A stretch of DNA of 63,646 bases, counting the filler, from Octopus bimaculoides (taxonomy: Eukaryota): the NCBI RefSeq assembly GCF_001194135.2. It is 6 parts of 4 records of this genome, joined end to end, with 100 filler letters (N's around TTAATTAATTAA, not from the genome) between each part and the next. Parts side by side here need not be neighbours in the genome. Positions count along the whole stretch, not along the records: positions 1 to 18,961 come from NC_068990.1; 5 more parts are not named here. One strand, written 5' to 3'. Each line of letters opens with the position of its first letter. Position 1 is the first letter of the stretch. Of the stretch, positions 1 through 11,844 are shown in pieces. The translations under genes and the position numbers were made by a program. Under the pieces are notes generated by a model. The model was not told where the DNA came from. It saw only the letters and a program-made list of their open reading frames with translations, and made no database searches.

Positions 1-58
1 TTCCTCCTCCCTTTCCTCCTCCTCCAACCCACCAACCATCATTTATAGCTATTATTAA

Positions 59-703
59 GTTAATTTCCTCCTTGGTCAACAGAAAGGTTTCACAAAATAT
101 CCTTGCTATCTCTCTGCATGTGGGACAACCGAGCTCGTGAGAAACACCGGATTCAGAAAAAGTGGCCCATTCGTGAGACTATGGAAGCAGGCATGCCAAA
201 TATTGTGAATGAACCAATTGTCAGATTATTTTAACCCACCACTCTATATAAAGTTTTCTATATAAAGCAATTCACTAAGGCATTAAATATTGATAGTGAA
301 TGTTTTCAGATATAGTCCCTGATTTTCCTGGTTTGTCATTTGATAAGATCAAAGCAGGCGTGTTTGACGGACCTCCGATTCGTGCCCTTGTATGTGATGA
401 AGAATTTGACAGAAAGATCAATGACAGGAAAAAAGCAGCATGGCTGTCATTCGTAGCAATCATAAAAATATTTTCCTGAAAACAGAAAAACAGATGACTA
501 TGAAATTCTTGTAAATAATACGCTGTTGGCTTTCCATGATCTTGGGTGTAACATGAGCGTTAAACTCTATTTTCTGAAACATTGGAGATGTAAGAGACGA
601 ACAAGGAGAGCGCTTCCATCAAGACCCCCAAGACCAAGGAAGAGCGTTATCAAGGGCGATGGTATAAAACATAATGACAGCCTCCTGCTGGAACATTAAA
701 CGA
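59..703 (+). mobile_element. Degenerate DNA-transposon transposase C-terminal region, Chapaev3/CMC-like
   Basis: Frameshifted translation gives NFLLGQQKGFTKYPCY, WDNRAREKH..KKWPIR, KAGVFDGPPIR, LGCNMSVKL, DEQGERFHQD, RYQGRW and MTASCWNIKR. I recall these motifs from Chapaev3-type transposases; the family assignment is not database-checked. Confidence 0.65.
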
Positions 704-796
704 CATTTCCTTGAGATTTCCCTGAAACGAGAGTTCCAAGCGCAAATTCTTGCTAACGCTTCTGCCAGCGCGCCGCCGAAATTTGAAATCAATATT

Positions 797-1010
797 CTTT
801 TCTACTCAAGGTACAATGCCCTAAATTTTTTGGGGAGGGGAGGCAATCTATTAGATCGACCCCAGTACGTAACTGGTACTTAATCTATCGATCATGAAAG
901 GATGAAAGGCAAAGTTGAACTCGGCGGAATTTGAACTCAGAACGTAAAGACAGACGAAATACCGCTAAGCATTTCGCTCGGCGTGTTAACGTTTCTGCTA
1001 GCTCGCCGCC
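797..1010 (-). mobile_element. tRNA-headed SINE (family A)
   Basis: Reverse complement of the GGCGGCGAGCTGGCAGAA...GAGTTCAAATTCCGCCGAG...GGGTCGAT consensus shared with copies at 9492, 17261 and 23145. Flanked by similar GAAATTTGAAAT(C/G)AAT(A/G)TT sequences, a possible TSD. Confidence 0.8.
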
Positions 1011-2649
1011 GAAATTTGAAATGAATGTTATCAAAGCGGAAAAGAAGCTTAAACATTATATAACTATAACTTGGTTGCTCTCGTACTTAACTCTGTACTA
1101 CTTGTTTACTTGGCCTTTTAAGTCAACACGTTAAAAGGCTGATAACATTCGTGTCATTAACAGAACGGTGTAGCCTTAATTAGTGAATATCTTTCACCTG
1201 ATAATATTTAAAAATGAAACAATTACAAAATGAATGCTCGTTGTTATCGTTATCGCTTGCTCTATTTATCAACACCTACACTTTGAATCTATTTGTGTCA
1301 TTGACGTTAGTTAATGTAATGTTTATTAATTAATCCATGAATAATTTATCTTGATTAAACAGTCGCAGACGATTTTGGCCTATTTATTGCTCGTTCTGTA
1401 TTTGTAGTGACTTCTAAATCTTTTTTTTTACATTTATTATCCTGGCCAGTAACAATTTTGTTGCATTGATACCAACAATTGGTATTTCTTAATTTGGGTA
1501 CGCTGAATTCAAATATGAAGTTAATTTTTCTCTCTAAGCTCTAGATTTTTTGCTATTAAGTTTTTTTTTACATATATTTTCCAAATTTCGAATATTTCCG
1601 AGATATATTTTGTAATCCATCTGATATAATTTTCTAGTTATACTATCTTCAAACTAGATGGTAAAAAACAAATATCAATATGTATGCATTGAGATTCTAA
1701 CTTTATTCATACATACGAGTCAGTACACCACAATAAAAATTAGATTGTAAAATAATATTTCTTACTCCGATGCTGACTAAAATGAATATTATCATGTGCC
1801 AGCTGTTCTCGCCATCTGCATTTCAGTTGAAAATATATATTATATACAAATGATAGGTGTACATAGTTGAGAAAGTGATTATAGAACACTAATAGATCAT
1901 ATTCAAGCAAGAATTGGCGCTTGAAACTCTTGCATTTGCAGACTTTCTAAGGGAAATCTCGTTTAATAAAAACGATACCATAGAACTAGATAGAAAGTTA
2001 AGAGTCCAGAAAAGAATAAGACACAAAAGGTCTGAGTATAAGTAATCCGACGGCCGTTTCTAGGGGTCTAGTTGTCAATTGGTAATTCTTTCTAAGTAGG
2101 ACATATGTATTTCAATATATCAAATTTAATTATAAATGCATAAAACGTCAATCTCCAAATCTCAAGAATACTAGAGCATGAACAGCAAAATTGTTTACAG
2201 TCTTGAAATTAGCACAAAAACACAATTAGAATCAGTAAAAATTTTCATGAAACAGAAAATGTAAGAAAATTGTTGTCCAGTATTATTACTCGTTATTAGC
2301 AACGGAAGTAATAATAGTTCCGAATAGCATTCTGTACATCTTATTTAATGTTTATATTCTGTAGAAAGTCATGACACTGCAGTATGCGTCTTGAAAATGC
2401 TTCTCTTATAGACGTTTAGTGCAGTAAAGCGCAGAGGTATATCGGTAGCAGAGTAAAAGCGTCTAGCAGCAGCAGCGATAGAATTGTTAGATCCAGATTT
2501 CTGTGTCGTTGCTCGTCATCAGCAGTAAGAATCCAGTATTCACTTCATGCTTAGACCAATTTCTTCTCTAGTGATATAGAAAAACAAGGATTAACAAATC
2601 ACCGGCATCGCAAAAGCTGGATTAGTTTAAAATAGCATTTGTGATAAGT

Positions 2650-2882
2650 AAGGTGGTGAGACGGTCGTGAGCTTGTTGAATATTTAATGCGATGGGAAAA
2701 ATAAAATGCTCAGCGTCATTCTGTCCCTCTTTATATTCTGAGTTCAAATGCCACCGGGTTCGATTTTTGCATCTCATCCTTTCGGGGTCGATAAAATAAA
2801 TAGCAATCGAGCACTGGAGTCGATGTAATCGCCTTATCCCTTCCCTTGAAATTACTGGTCTCGTGCCAAAATTTTTAATCCA
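2650..2882 (+). mobile_element. SINE family A, diverged
   Basis: TTCTGAGTTCAAAT...CATCCTTTCGGGGTCGATAAAATAA...GTGCCAAAATTT matches the other in-window copies. Confidence 0.75.
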
Positions 2883-2916
2883 TGTAATATGTATATATTG
2901 TTATTTTTGTTAATAG

Positions 2917-3106
2917 GTAACATAATACCGTATGTCGTGTCCTACATCCGACTGATAGGTAAAGACACAATCATAAAATACGCCGATGGAATTTGGTTGT
3001 CGTCTATGGCAACAACAGGCTTCGGTGTCAGCATGCTGTTTACAACTTATATAGAAAAGGTTTTGGGTTTGAAAAAAACAATTCTATTTGGTTCATTAAT
3101 CCAAAG
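2917..3106 (+). CDS. OFA/OxlT-like MFS transporter, first visible coding exon (GNIIPYVVSYIR...KKTILFGSLIQS)
   Basis: AG acceptor at 2915-2916, GT donor at 3107. Phase 1 in, phase 2 out. GNxxPYxxSYIR motif typical of invertebrate OFA-like MFS proteins. Confidence 0.88.
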
Positions 3107-3785
3107 GTCTGTATTGTGTTATTCTTTTACCATTCTTTCCATGCAACGTATCATAAAGTCTTCTTTTGTCTTTTATCTTTTACTCATTTCAGATTTAAAA
3201 ATATAGTAGAAATATATAGATTTATCAATACATTAAAAATATATAAACGCATANNNNNNNNNNNNNNNNNNNNNNNNNNNNNNNNNNNNNNNNNNNNNNN
3301 NNNNNNNNNNNNNNNNNNNNNNNNNNNNNNNNNNNNNNNNNNNNNNNNNNNNNNNNNNNNNNNNNNNNNNNNNNNNNNNNNNNNNNNNNNNNNNNNNNNN
3401 NNNNNNNNNNNNNNNNNNNNNNNNNNNNNNNNNNNNNNNNNNNNNNNNNNNNNNNNNNNNNNNNNNNNNNNNNNNNNNNNNNNNNNNNNNNNNNNNNNNN
3501 NNNNNNNNNNNNNNNNNNNNNNNNNNNNNNNNNNNNNNNNNNNNNNNNNNNNNNNNNNNNNNNNNNNNNNNNNNNNNNNNNNNNNNNNNNNNNNNNNNNN
3601 NNNNNNNNNNNNNNNNNNNNNNNNNNNNNNNNNNNNNNNNNNNNNNNNNNNNNNNNNNNNNNNNNNNNNNNNNNNNNNNNNNNNNNNNNNNNNNNNNNNN
3701 NNNNNNNNNNNNNNNNNNNNNNNNNNNNNNNNNNNNNNNNNNNNNNNNNNNNNNNNNNNNNNNNNNNNNNNNNNNNNNNNNNNNN

Positions 3786-3826
<41 letters not shown>

Positions 3827-4279
3827 ATATTTTGGAAATATAAATACATATATAGATCGACTTACAGAATAAAAACGATGCCATAGAACTAGATAGAAAG
3901 TTAAGAGTCTAGAAAAGAATAAGACAAAAGGTTTGAGTATTAGTAATCCGGCGGTCGTTTCTAGGGGTCTAGTTGTCCAGTCAAATAGAGGATATTAATT
4001 ACTGTACACCACCTCCTTCATCGGGGAAACGTAAAGGACTAGAGAGATTCACATATACTGTGCTTTCATTGTGGGAGTTAACTACTGGGTGATCTTTTAG
4101 AGAGTTATATGCATGAGGGCAGGAAGTAGAAGTGTTTAAGAAAGAGTTGTGGGAAGAGGAGAAACGATGCGTGGTAAAATAAAGCTACCGATGGTTCTAT
4201 ACGTAGAAGGCAAGAGGAGGGGAATATGGTTTAAGCATTTAGAATAAGTTTCACTGGGTGTGGAAGCTGGTTCTCAACT

Positions 4280-4460
4280 CTATCCAGAATCATCAAAATG
4301 CTTAAAAGTTGAGAAAAATTTATGTTTACACGAGTAGATGGCATAAGAAAATTTACTTAATATTGAAGCATTGTGGAAGCTGAAAATAAGAAGTACTTCT
4401 TTTATGCATATCTTGCATTTATCAATGTTTGTATTCCAAGGAGGAGCTTCTATTATTATG
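4280..4460 (-). mobile_element. Possible Penelope-like GIY-YIG C-terminal remnant
   Basis: IIIEAPPWN..KCKICIKE...SCKHKFF resembles the APPY-x-C-x2-C-x2-EK...S-x-C-R-H pattern at PLE ORF ends (from recall). Confidence 0.35.
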
Positions 4461-4548
4461 GACAAAGCTAGTGTATATTGTATATTTTGTGACTTAAGAT
4501 TATTACATTATATTATCTATTATTATATTATACCATATGATATTATGT

Positions 4549-4795
4549 GGAGGCGCGTGGCTTAGTGGTTAGAGTATCAGCATCATGTTCGTTAGATTGT
4601 GGTTTCGAATCCTGGACCGGGCGACGCGTTGTGTTCTTGAGCAAAACACTTCATTTCACGTTGCTCCAGTCCACTCAGCTAGTAAAAATGAGTAACGCTA
4701 CGGTGGACTGGCGTCTCGTCCAGCTGAGGAACACATACGCCAGTGAAACCGAGAAACTGGGCCCATGAGCCTGGCTAGGCTTTAAAAGGGCGAAT
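4549..4795 (+). mobile_element. tRNA-derived SINE (family B) with A/B boxes
   Basis: A-box TGGCTTAGTGGT at 4558, B-box GGTTTCGAATCC at 4601. Central GTTCTTGAGCAAAACACT and GGACTGGCGTCTCGTCCAG are SINE core-like motifs. Confidence 0.75.
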
Positions 4796-4979
4796 TTATT
4801 TATTATATGATATTATATTTAATTTTCTGATACATTATATTATCTAATATTATCTCATATATTACATCATATTACGTTATATAACATCATATCACATTAT
4901 ATTATATCATATATTGTCATATATTATATTAAATTGTATTACATTATATTATATTGTGTTATATTTTATTATATTGTAG

Positions 4980-5106
4980 TGTTTCTACCTTAGTGTCATA
5001 TTTCACAATCCGGAGTTCATACTACCTGTTTGTAATAACTGAAGGGTTTTGCACTGGTGCTGGATGTGCTATTCCTTACGTTGTGACAGTATCTTGTGCT
5101 ATGAAG
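4980..5106 (+). CDS. MFS transporter exon (S-VSTLVSYFTIRSSYYLFVITEGFCTGAGCAIPYVVTVSCAMK)
   Basis: TGTAG acceptor, AAG|GTGAGC donor. 127 nt, phase 2 to 0, in frame with both neighbours. Not in the ORF track. Confidence 0.9.
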
Positions 5107-5194
5107 GTGAGCAGCATTAAATAATGCTAATTTTTTTTAGACACATTTCTTGTATTCCTGTTATTTTCTGTCATTATACTCTTCCTTCTCCTCA

Positions 5195-5225
5195 TCGTCA
5201 TTATCATCATCATCATTATCATCAT

Positions 5226-5293
<68 letters not shown>

Positions 5294-5580
5294 TCATCAT
5301 CATCATCATCATCATCATCGTCATCACCACCACCACCATCATCATCACCATCCCTTACATCTCACCCTCATCATAATTAACATCGTCATTACCACCTTCT
5401 TCTTCTCCTTCTTCTCCTTCTCCTCCTTCTTCTCCTTCTCCTCCTTCTTCTCCTTCTCCTCCTTCTCCTCCTTCTTCTCCTTCTCCTCCTTCTCCTCCTT
5501 CTCCTCCTTCTTCTCCTTCTCCTCCTTCTTCTCCTTCTCCTCCTTCTCCTTCTCCTCCTCTTCCTCCTTCTCCTCTCTTC
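5195..5580. repeat. Compound microsatellite (CAT/CAC/CGT)n then (CTTCTC)n
   Basis: Direct reading. Confidence 0.95.
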
Positions 5581-6503
5581 CTCCTGCCATTTCATTCTAA
5601 ACGATGGGACATTTGACAATGTTACAACCCAATTTCTTCAACACCATATTTGTTTCTTATGGTAATATCATTTCTCAAATACGATGGCGAACCGGCAGAA
5701 TCGTTAGCACACCGGTCAAGATGCTTAGCAGNNNNNNNNNNNNNNNNNNNNNNNNNNNNNNNNNNNNNNNNNNNNNNNNNNNNNNNNNNNNNNNNNNNNN
5801 NNNNNNNNNNNNNNNNNNNNNNNNNNNNNNNNNNNNNNNNNNNNNNNNNNNNNNNNNNNNNNNNNNNNNNNNNNNNNNNNNNNNNNNNNNNNNNNNNNNN
5901 NNNNNNNNNNNNNNNNNNNNNNNNNNNNNNNNNNNNNNNNNNNNNNNNNNNNNNNNNNNNNNNNNNNNNNNNNNNNNNNNNNNNNNNNNNNNNNNNNNNN
6001 NNNNNNNNNNNNNNNNNNNNNNNNNNNNNNNNNNNNNNNNNNNNNNNNNNNNNNNNNNNNNNNNNNNNNNNNNNNNNNNNNNNNNNNNNNNNNNNNNNNN
6101 NNNNNNNNNNNNNNNNNNNNNNNNNNNNNNNNNNNNNNNNNNNNNNNNNNNNNNNNNNNNNNNNNNNNNNNNNNNNNNNNNNNNNNNNNNNNNNNNNNNN
6201 NNNNNNNNNNNNNNNNNNNNNNNNNNNNNNNNNNNNNNNNNNNNNNNNNNNNNNNNNNNNNNNNNNNNNNNNNNNNNNNNNNNNNNNNNNNNNNNNNNNN
6301 NNNNNNNNNNCTTCATTCCTGATTGCCTTGAGGTGGGGGGAAGACTCCCGTATTGAGTGCAACATACCCTTTGTAGCACGGACCCACCAATATCAGGGGC
6401 ACGGTGCAATTGCCCTTTCCACTTTCCTATAAATCCAGCTCTGTACATATATACATATGCATTTAATCCGATGTGCTAACGATCCTGCCTTTTTGACCGT
6501 ATT

Positions 6504-6564
<61 letters not shown>

Positions 6565-6580
6565 TTCTATGGTATTTCAG

Positions 6581-6720
6581 TGGTTACCACATCGAAAAGC
6601 TTCAGCTGCAGGATTTGTCCTGTTTTCTCATGGGATGTCTGCTTTCATTTTTAATTTTGTGAGCACTAAATTCATCAATCCAGAAAATTATCAAGAAAAT
6701 GAATTTATCGATGGAGAAGC
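6581..6720 (+). CDS. MFS transporter exon (WLPHRKASAAGFVLFSHGMSAFIFNFVSTKFINPEN...DGEA)
   Basis: TTCAG acceptor, GTAAGT donor at 6721. 140 nt, phase 0 to 2. Matches the family W(F)P...AFIFN...INP.N pattern. Confidence 0.92.
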
Positions 6721-6761
6721 GTAAGTAAATATTATTGATCTTAATTCATTAAGTCTGTATA

Positions 6762-6980
6762 AAGCAGTGAGATGGCTGAACCGTTGGCATTCCGGGCAAA
6801 ATGCTTAACGGCATGTCGTCCGTCATTACGTTCTGAGTTCAAATTCCGCAGAGGTCGATTGTACTTTCATCCTTTCGGGGTCGATAGAATAAGTGCTAGT
6901 TGAACACTAGGATCGATATAACCGATTTGATCGCTCCCCTCGAAATTGCTGGCCTTGTGCAGAAATTTGAAACCAATGTA
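6762..6980 (+). mobile_element. SINE family A
   Basis: TTACGTTCTGAGTTCAAATTCCGCAGAGGTCGA...GGCCTTGTGCAGAAATTTGAAACC. Confidence 0.8.
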
Positions 6981-8084
6981 TTTTGTCTGTTTGATAGTTT
7001 ATAAGAATCGTTAGAGCGTTTAAAAAATGGCGTAATCGTTTTTAGGTGTTTTTTTTTATTTATTCAAATCCCTTGAAAAACAGAATGTGTGTCAGTCTTT
7101 TTGCCACCATTAGTGTTTGTGATGTCCTTCGATGTGGTTGAACAACCAATCTCAACCAGTCAGGATTCACAGTACAGGTTGTACTATTCATCATTTCAAT
7201 AATTGAATACAAAATATGGCTAGTGAGACCTACATTCGGGTGATTTAACTGACTCACCAACTCACCCTTATACATCAATCCAACACAATTGTACCCAATT
7301 ACATCCGAGTGGAGTGGGGTAACATAAAATAATGAGATTTTTTTAAGAACACGGTGCAGAGCGGCACTGGGAATGGAAACCATGTCCTCACAATTGACAA
7401 CGTTGATCCGGTCATGCAACAGGTTGTACTAGGTTACATGTTACCAGTAGCACTGGTGAGTCACTTGACATTCTGATAATTAATGTTATCAGAATCTGAG
7501 TTGTGCAGGATAGTGGTGGAGATAAGCTAGGTTAGTGATACATTCCCATAGGCACTCCCACAGAGATATAGACACAAGTTGGCCGTTCAGTTGACTCAAA
7601 AAAAAAAAAAAAAAAAAAACTTCATCGAACAGCTCAGTACATACACAAGATGATGCTCTCCCGAAACTCCCGAACGATATGCTGTATCAGGACTGGGACG
7701 TGGAGTTGAGTAATTCCAAGTAAACTTGATCGAATGTCAGAAACTATGTCAAAAACTATTGCTGTTGTTAAGGCCGGTGTGTCGGATCTTTACGTTCGGT
7801 GTTTAAATCCCCCTGAGAGCAACTTTATCTTTCGTGTATTTTGGTTCGATAAACTTAAGTATCCATCAAGTGCTAGATCAAAGGTACCTTTCAAAATTAC
7901 AACTCATGTACGTAAATCAGAAGACTTTATTAAGACCCGTGGATAAGGCTACAAACAAACAGAATTGTTAGAGCATCCGAAAAAATGCCTTGCCTTATTT
8001 ATTCCGTCACTTTATATTCTGAATCCAAATCTACTGTGATTATCTTAATCGTTCCTATTATTCAGTAGTGTTTCGCGTGTGCGT

Positions 8085-8450
8085 GTGAGTATGTGTATGT
8101 GTGTATGTGCTTGTAGCGTTTCGTATGTGTGTGTGTGTATGCGTGTACGTGCTCGTGGCGTTTCGTATGTGTGTGAGTGTGTCTATGTGTGTACGTGCTC
8201 GTAGTGTTTGGCAAGTGTGTGTGCGTGTATATGTATGTGCTCGTAGTGTTTCGTACGTTTCTGAGTGTGTGTATGTGTGTACCTGCTCGTAGCGCTTCGT
8301 ACGTATGTGTGCGTGTGTTTTTGCTTGTAGTGCTTGATAAGTGTGTATGTGTNNNNNNNNNNTATGTGTGTACCTGCTCGTAGCGCTTCGTACGTATGTG
8401 TGCGTGTGTTTTTGCTTGTAGTGCTTGATAAGTGTGTATGTGTATGTATG
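8085..8450. repeat. GT-rich minisatellite (GTGTACGTGCTCGTAGTGTTTCGTATGT-like units)
   Basis: Direct reading; part is duplicated across a 10-N gap. Confidence 0.85.
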
Positions 8451-8902
8451 CATGTGCTAATACACCACAAGCTGCGCTAGAATAGCCACTAAACAAAATA
8501 TGCAGTACTTATGGCATCAAGGGAAGTGAAACACTACAGAAACCACATTAAACTTGCTAAATTAAACATCATTGACTGCATCTTTCCAAATGTAGACATT
8601 GCCTTTCGGATATTTCTCTCCGTTAATGGTCACAAATTGTTTGGTTGAGCGTTCGTTATTTTAGTTGAAGTATATTGAAACTCCCATCGGAACAACTATG
8701 TAACCAGGCGGGTTGGATGCATTACTTCTGAGAAGCGTAAAAGCAGATGTTTTATGTAAGATTATTTTTGAGGATTTGATCAAATACTACACAATTAAAA
8801 CAAAGAAAACTTTGAATGACACGTCCGTGTTTTTTTCTTGTCTCTTTTTTGTATCATCTGTCTGGATGTTTTGTCACTTTTTTGTTTTATTTTGTTTTCC
8901 AG

Positions 8903-9017
8903 TTATTTTAACCAGAAGGACCTACTTGCACGAGTTCCGAAATGTTTCTTAATGCTGGGTGGTATCTTCCTAATATCTCAAATAATCAGTGTCTGTTTGA
9001 TTTCGAACCCCAAGGAG
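8903..9017 (+). CDS. MFS transporter exon (YFNQKDLLARVPKCFLMLGGIFLISQIISVCLISNPKE)
   Basis: TTCCAG acceptor, GAG|GTAATT donor. 115 nt, phase 2 to 0. DLL.RVP..FL.LGG family motif. Confidence 0.92.
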
Positions 9018-9251
9018 GTAATTATATTAAACATTTACTAATATTGAATTAGATATTAGATACGAGGTGCCTTTATTCAATCTGTTTCTAGTTAGTTTTT
9101 TGTTGTTGTTGATTCTCCCTGGTTTTGATACATTAATCCTAGCTTAAGTAAGTATTATCATAGTAAATCATTGTAATATTTGCTATATAATTTTCATCCT
9201 TAATAGAAAACTTATTCTCCATTATTTTTCTATTTCTTGTTTATATATAAG

Positions 9252-9454
9252 GAAATGAATGTCATACGAGAAGACACTATCACAGTTGATGATTCTGTGG
9301 AATCAGGAAAAGAAAACAAAGCATTTCAAGAGAATGAAGCTGCAATACAATCAAAGAATCAACCAAATTACTTCAAGACCAAAAATATTCAAGAGGATGA
9401 CAAACAGGAAGAGATGAGTAAATCACCAACGGCAGCAGCGTCACAGAAAGAAAC
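9252..9454 (+). CDS. MFS transporter exon, hydrophilic central loop (EMNVIREDT...SQKET)
   Basis: Open frame in ORF 9237..9617. AAG acceptor at 9250-9251. The GT donor at 9455 gives the phase 2 required by the next exon. Confidence 0.78.
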
Positions 9455-9491
9455 GTATTTTCGCTTATATATATTATACATACATACAACA

Positions 9492-9721
9492 GGCGGCGAG
9501 CTGGCAGAAACGTTAGCGTGCCGGGTGAAATTTATAGCGGTATTTCGTCTGCAGTTACGTTCTGAGTTCAAATTCCGCCAAGGTCGACTTTGCCTTTCAT
9601 CCTTTCGGGGTCGATAAATAAAGTACCAGTTACGTACTGGAGTTGATGTAATTGACTTAATCCCTTTGTCTGTCCTTGTTTGTCCCCTCTATGTTTAGCC
9701 GCTTGTGGGCAATAAAGGAAT
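9492..9721 (+). mobile_element. SINE family A, near full length
   Basis: GGCGGCGAGCTGGCAGAAACGTTAGC head, GAGTTCAAATTCC B-box-like motif, CCCCTCTATGTTTAGCC tail variant. Confidence 0.85.
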
Positions 9722-9984
9722 ATGTATTATAGATACATACAACCATTCTTATGTACGTGCATACGTACATATACATATACACACACTCACAAATATATAT
9801 ATATATATGTGCATGCGTCTACCNNNNNNNNNNNNNNNNNNNNNNNNNNNNNNNNNNNNNNNNNNNNNNNNNNNNNNNNNNNNNNNNNNNNNNNNNNNNN
9901 NNNNTATATATACATACATACATACATATACGTGCATACACACATACGCAAACACACACATATATATATGTATGTATGTATGTA

Positions 9985-10145
9985 TATATGTTAGAATGTT
10001 TGGAGGTGATGTACAGGTATTATATATTAGAAAATATAATAAGGTACTCAGAAATCTGGATGGTTGTACATTTACAGATTTGTATCAATGTGTCACATGT
10101 TTGCATCTACTCTCATATGCTTGCACCTACTCTAATATATATACA
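9985..10145 (+). repeat. Dispersed repeat (GGAGGTGATGTACAG...) with further copies at 32865-33022 (+) and 36497-36620 (-)
   Basis: Three alignable copies, each next to a (TA)n tract. The other two copies abut hammerhead-like motifs, suggesting a Penelope-type terminus (inference). Confidence 0.65.
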
Positions 10146-10644
10146 TACAAGATACAATGAATACACTGTCGTCTAAATTACACAAAAGTGAGGATAACAC
10201 TGACGTCTGATTTTAACAGACATATTTACCAAAATTACATAAAACTATCTTGAAATACTAAAAAGTAAATTGATTAAATTAATTCACCTTTGGCTTCAAA
10301 AAACTATATTCAGTTATACGTTATAACGTTATAACGGAAATACGTATGGCATGGGAAATAACTCTTCCTTCGTTTGGATTATTTATGTGAATTATATCCC
10401 TTGAAAGATCTAACAGTTTTAGAAGACGCGTTTCATTGAGATATGTATCTTTAAGGAAAGCGGTTTCAATAAGTGTAGGTTAATCACTCACTCCCTTTCA
10501 TTTTCTGTTAACTAACATACATACATACATACATACATACATAGCTACGTGCGGACGTACGTATGTCACTGCCACTAACTCACTGTAACTCTGGTCTTAT
10601 ATCAGAGTAATTGGTTAGAGAATGATTTAATACACACACACACA

Positions 10645-10689
<45 letters not shown>

Positions 10690-11421
10690 NNNNNNNNNNN
10701 NNNNNNNNNNNNNNNNNNNNNNNNNNNNNNNNNNNNNNNNNNNNNNNNNNNNNNNNNNNNNNNNNNNNNNNNNNNNNNNNNNNNNNNNNNNNNNNNNNNN
10801 NNNNNNNNNNNNNNNNNNNNNNNNNNNNNNNNNNNNNNNNNNNNNNNNNNNNNNNNNNNNNNNNNNNNNNNNNNNNNNNNNNNNNNNNNNNNNNNNNNNN
10901 NGTGTGTATATATACATATATATATTTGATTAATAAATTCAAAATAGGATAAAAGTCTTTTACAAGAATTTTATCAGGAAGCTAGTGTGTAAAAAAATTC
11001 GTAAGGGGAAATTTCTATTCCCAAGAATATAATTATTTGTTTATATTCATATAAGGGCATTACTACAGAATAATGCCACACAACAGACTTCCCAAGTAAA
11101 CACATTTTAGTACCAAATGCGAGGAAAGCAACCCTCAAAAGGAAAACAATTTTCTTTTAAATAACTCAACTATGTATCGACCGATTTCGCGATTACCAGG
11201 ATGAAATCTAGTTTCCGTTCATCAGCATAATATAGTACCAAATATATAGAAGCTAGCACAAACAAACGCGAGAAAGAAGCGGACAGTCATTCACGCACAT
11301 TCATACTGAATAAAATCTAAACATGTGTAAAAACATATTTTTGTCGTACAGTTCTATATTTAAGAGAACCATGAACATTAATTACATTTGACGGATATTT
11401 GTCCTCAATTTGTTTGTTGTT

Positions 11422-11467
11422 AACACAACGTTTCGGCTGATATAACCTCCAGCCTTCATCAGGCATC
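11422..11467 (-). ncRNA. Minimal type I hammerhead ribozyme-like motif
   Basis: Minus strand GAUGC-CUGAUGA-A-GGCUG-gagguuauau-CAGCC-GAAA-CG-UU-GUGUU. Helix II has 5 perfect bp, helix III is the palindrome ACGU, and helix I pairs with G-U wobbles. Confidence 0.6.
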
Positions 11468-11798
11468 TTGGGTAAATTTCTTCTTCTTCTTCTTCTTCTT
11501 CTTCTTCTTCTTCTTCTTCTTCTTCTTCTTCTTCTTCTTCTTCTCCTCCTCCTCCTCCNNNNNNNNNNNNNNNNNNNNNNNNNNNNNNNNNNNNNNNNNC
11601 CTTCTTCTTCTTCTCCTCCTCCTCCTCCCCTCCTCCTTCTTCTTCTCCTCCTTCTCCTCCTCCTCCTTCTTCTTCTTCTTCTTCTTCTTCTTCTTCTTCA
11701 CTACTACATCATATGCCCGTGACCTGAATAATAATAACAACAACAACAACAACAACATCGAAAAATACCTGAGAATCCAGGTTCGAAATTTCCCCCAA

Positions 11799-11844
11799 GA
11801 CACCTGATGAAGGCTGGAGGGTATATCAGCCGAAACGTTGAGTT
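11799..11844 (+). ncRNA. Minimal type I hammerhead ribozyme-like motif (inverted partner of 11422-11467)
   Basis: GACAC-CUGAUGA-A-GGCUG-gaggguauau-CAGCC-GAAA-CG-UU-GAGUU, with one helix I mismatch. Confidence 0.6.

Noticed and set aside
1210-1320. Possible first coding exon of the transporter (hydrophobic frames with a GTTAGT donor)
   Set aside because: The donor is phase 0 or 2 in the open frames, but exon 2917 needs phase 1, and that frame has a stop. No family motif is present.
4549-4620. tRNA gene
   Set aside because: A and B boxes are present, but there is no cloverleaf and the sequence continues into a SINE body.
5124-5619. Poly-His/Ser/Arg/Glu-Lys ORFs
   Set aside because: Stop-free trinucleotide microsatellites inside an intron, open in several frames on both strands.
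8272-8441. Exact ~80-bp tandem duplication
   Set aside because: The copies sit on either side of a 10-N gap, which is typical of an unmerged contig overlap.
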